Shown here: positions 60,303 through 64,000 of the stretch, one piece after another | Numbering within the stretch: the first letter of the stretch is position 1 | Layout of the letters: each line of letters begins with the position of its first letter | Origin: Neoechinorhynchus agilis | Taxonomy: Eukaryota > Animalia > Acanthocephala | Reading direction: 5' to 3' | NCBI GenBank assembly: GCA_051530055.1 | Contig: CM121342.1 | Coordinates: forward strand, 7,386,691-7,450,690 | DNA: 64,000 bases | Program-made: the position numbers and the translations under genes | Notes under the pieces: model-generated | The model's database searches: none | What the model saw: only the letters and a program-made list of their open reading frames with translations | Told to the model about the DNA's origin: nothing

Positions 60303-60813
60303 ATAAACTTTGACTAACCCGAAGGATTTTCTCCAGCGATGATTTGTTGGATTATTTCTAAACCGAATGCTTTCAAAAAAAGACTTTGAATCAAGCGGTT
60401 TTTATTTCGGAATATTATGGGCTCTAACGACGAATTTTCTCAAATGGTTTAGACAATATCTGATAGATCGCTACAAGCTTAAAGGTTGACATGGGAAAGT
60501 TGGCTGAAGAAACCAAGTAAACGATGAAGACAAAAATACTCAAGACAAGCTGTTAGGAGACGTCACTTATGCATAAGACTGGTTTCGAGACTATCTCGAG
60601 AAGCATTGGATTCGTAACTTATGATGGTAGTTTCCGCAATTGTAGGAGGTAACCGTGACCTAACCAAAAGATAGCGAATTTCATTTTCGGTTTTTATGTG
60701 CTTTTATTTGGACGATCAACTTGTGGCTCTCTTTTTTCCACTTTAAGTCGTAGTTGAACGATTTAACACTTTAAAAAACCTTTGATTTTGTCCAAATTTT
60801 ATGAAACTTTCTT

Positions 60814-61650
60814 AGTTTTGCCACTACTCGGATTCAAAAATTCACTAATCTATATTCTCCCCCCTTGAGGTTTGTCATTCCTTTTATCAAATAATTGATT
60901 TATATCATAGAGAATTGTCGTCGGCGTGAATTCGATTCGAGTTTGGCGATGTTTTTCCCCGGATTTTTGATAGTGTTGATCATTTATTTTAAAATATTTC
61001 GTAAACATTTTGCTTACCTCTTCAGTTATATTGTTTGTAAGTTTCCAACATCAGTTGAAAAAACTTACAAACAATATTACTGAGGAAGTAAACAAAAAGC
61101 TTACAAAATATTTTAAAATAAGTGATCCACATCAACAATAATTGATTTATTTTTGATAATTTTCGGCCTTCGTTTAGGCCTTTTTCATTAGTCTATTGTT
61201 TTCGATGAAAGATTCGAGTAAGCTTTCAAGTAAGCTACTGAGATTTAGAAATCTTATAGATTAGTAATTAAAGACAAATCAATAAATTCTCGAGAATCTG
61301 TAAAACTTTACCTATTTTTTCTTCACAAAAGGTTTTACGCTGGGAATTAAGTTTTGGAGGACCATTCAGAAAAAAGGTAGTGTTCATTACGGATAAGACT
61401 GTCCAAAGCAGCAGTAGGAGGACGAAATGCATTTCGATGCTAATGAACGATAAGTTTAACGGAAAAACCGAAATTCCCTAAGTATTTTGTTTTAATTTAC
61501 AAGAGCAATAGGCTGACAACGAAGGCCTTTGCGAAATCCGAAAATTATCAAAAATAAATCAATTATAATTCGCTATAAAAAAATGAGAAAATGTCGGAAT
61601 TACCCGAGAGAGGTATTAGTGAATTTTTGAATCCGAGAGGTGGCAAAACT
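60814..61650. mobile_element. Composite of nested fold-back elements
   Basis: Outer 36-bp inverted repeat 60814-60849 / 61615-61650 (related to the 247-bp satellite); inside, palindrome 60978-61044 / 61060-61127 and the MITE-like element 61138-61583. Confidence 0.8.
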
Positions 61651-64000
61651 ACAAAAAAAGAAAGTATTTTTTCCCCTGCTGAAGATAATAACTGTGGGAT
61701 TTCGAGACTATCGAAAGGGTTTTAGGAATATGAAATAAAATATAACTGGGAATCTCGAGACGTGTCGCTAAGTTAAGAAAAATAGATATTTTTTAGCGAA
61801 AAGCAGTTTTATAACTTTCACTTTTATCTCGAAACACTTAAACAACCTGAAGAAGTCCGACGAAACAGACGAAATATTAAGAATAATAAATCAAAATCTA
61901 TTTTTGTTATCACCAAAAATAGCATCGATAACTTTATCGCGTTCATTTCGTATGGCTCCGCTGAATAAAGTAATCCACAAATCAATGCATAGCAGTATTA
62001 ATTCAGCATTTTATAAGTCGTTCAATCTCAAGAATGACTCAATTTTAGTAATTGAGCGATTAAAAACGCCTCCGTTGAGCGATGTGGAATGTAACGACAG
62101 ACTTGTTCAGCAGCGAGAATGTTTCGCCCACGTAACTATTTATAAATGCTTCATGTCGAAAGGAATGAGAGGAACTCGAGGATGGTTTCGTTTGCGTTTC
62201 CTGCTTTTTTTTCAGCTTGAGCAGATTCATATCGACACTGTGGTCGGCGTCTTTCCTTATCGAACAAAACAAATCTTAAAATATCGAAATGAATATCACG
62301 ATAAATCCTTACACAGAGGATAAACATTACTATCCAGTGAGGGACACGGCTAGTTTTATGGACACGACCTCAACCCGCGACGAACTGGGTCGCCATTGAT
62401 TCATTAAGTATATTATTTAGCATATTACTAAACATTGTTGGATTAAAAACATTCATGCACTGAATTTAAAAAGATCGGATAATTCCGACATTTCCTCAAG
62501 GTTTGTCATCGAAAACATGAACATTAGAGCGTTATCCTACGGACCGGCAAATCATTGGACCAAACAGGGACTCGGCAAAAGTATCTCACAGAAATCATTC
62601 GGTGAATCGTGGATATCAAATTGATTTTGATGGCGCTAACGTGTGACTAGCGTACAGCCATATTTACGAAATCGTTTGATAATGGAAGCCATCGAAATAG
62701 GCTGCTCAGTTCAACCGATGGAAGGTAATAAAGCCAACACATCGGTTTGAAATCGCCAATGAAAAGGCAGTGGTACCATTTTTGCTGGAGTTTCACATGG
62801 ACTTTGAGTCTAGGAACACGAGTTTGGCTCAAATATTGCCCGATAATATCTAGTCTACAGGATAACGCTATAATGTTCATGTTTTAAATGGCAAACCTTG
62901 AAGAAATATATAAAATAAATCAGTGAATTTTAATCCATGATGTGGTATAACTACCAGAACAAAGTACATTTTCCCCAGAAGATAATAACCCAAGACATAA
63001 AGTAATCAACTCACTCGTTCGCTATCCTGGCAACTTTCGACTTTTCACAGGTCAGCATTTTGAATTGCTAAGGAAGCATTCAGTCAATATATTTTTTATC
63101 AACTATAAAGCAAATTTAGAATATTGTAATGGATATTTAATGCTTTTATAATCACGCTTTAAACCTATACTTTATACAAAAGACAGAATAAATCATAATT
63201 AACCTGTAAAACCTTTGAGATTTGCATAAAAGCATTCCGCTGAGATTTTTACGTTCAAATTACCATTTGACTGGAATTACGATTATGTCAATGCGCTTTA
63301 GCTGGACAGTTTTGGGCTTTGTTGTCTCGACTTAACCTTCGTAAACAATATTTTACTCTAAAATTTCATAAAATCTGACATTTGTTACGAATACCAAAAA
63401 AAAAGGTTTCAAAGTCTACCATCTTCATTTCGGCTTATTTTGTTCGTCCAATTAATATTTTGCGAATCACATAAACATTTCATTGGAATCGGTTCGCAAT
63501 ATGTACTATTAGCGCTCGACTATCTCACGAATACCTTTTTGAAGTGTTTTGGACACAGAACTTTAGCTTCAATTCTCAATAACACTAACTAACTTGCAAC
63601 CTGATAAATGATTAATAAAGTTAAAAACAATTATAACTTAATACCGCCGTGCCCACACATTTGATATTTTTCAAATATTGGAACGTTTTACCAGAAGTAA
63701 AATAAAAACGAGCTTCAATTGCACTTCTTTAAATCTCGAATGAATTCGAAAGTTAATGCATTTAAGAGAACAAAGAATATATCTTCGAATAAAAGTTCTA
63801 TGACAATCGCAATTCATAAATTAATGGAAACGTACTTAAAAGATTAACGAAACCTTTTGTGCGCTGATTCCGTTTCGGTAGTATTTAAACAATCGACAGC
63901 CGTAAACTAGTTATAATTATTCGCATAACTCCCTAAATTTAGGCATGATTCAAATTCGATTTGCACTTGAAGAGAAAAGTGTTATTTAAAATGATAAATA

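Noticed and set aside
62647-62880. FIGDF motif suggesting an APE endonuclease remnant
   Set aside because: Single short motif with no other collinear APE motifs identified.

Overview
Compact, AT-rich eukaryotic (most likely metazoan) genomic DNA; the species cannot be identified from sequence alone. Recognisable genes: a REEP/HVA22 family gene, TFG, GEMIN6, DKC1 (dyskerin), a HOOK-like coiled-coil gene, SF3B2, UBE2G2, a multi-exon PLAT/LH2 gene and an intronless Mi-2/CHD3-4-5 remodeller. A small 3-exon gene is missed by the ORF track. Most introns are very short (31-89 nt). Between and inside the genes lie four CRE-clade (RLE endonuclease) non-LTR retrotransposon pieces (one nested antisense in another), RTE/Penelope/other RT remnants, a large inverted-repeat element and many tandem arrays (roughly a fifth of the window). 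Several arrays visibly derive from gene ends, from an exon+intron unit or from an RT thumb region. The most unusual signal is a set of fold-back elements whose arms are unrelated between families but whose centres share one motif (CATTGYTTGTA / TACAARCAATG). They nest inside each other and one family has become a satellite. No rRNA, tRNA or CRISPR array was seen. All alignments were done by eye; no database search was run.
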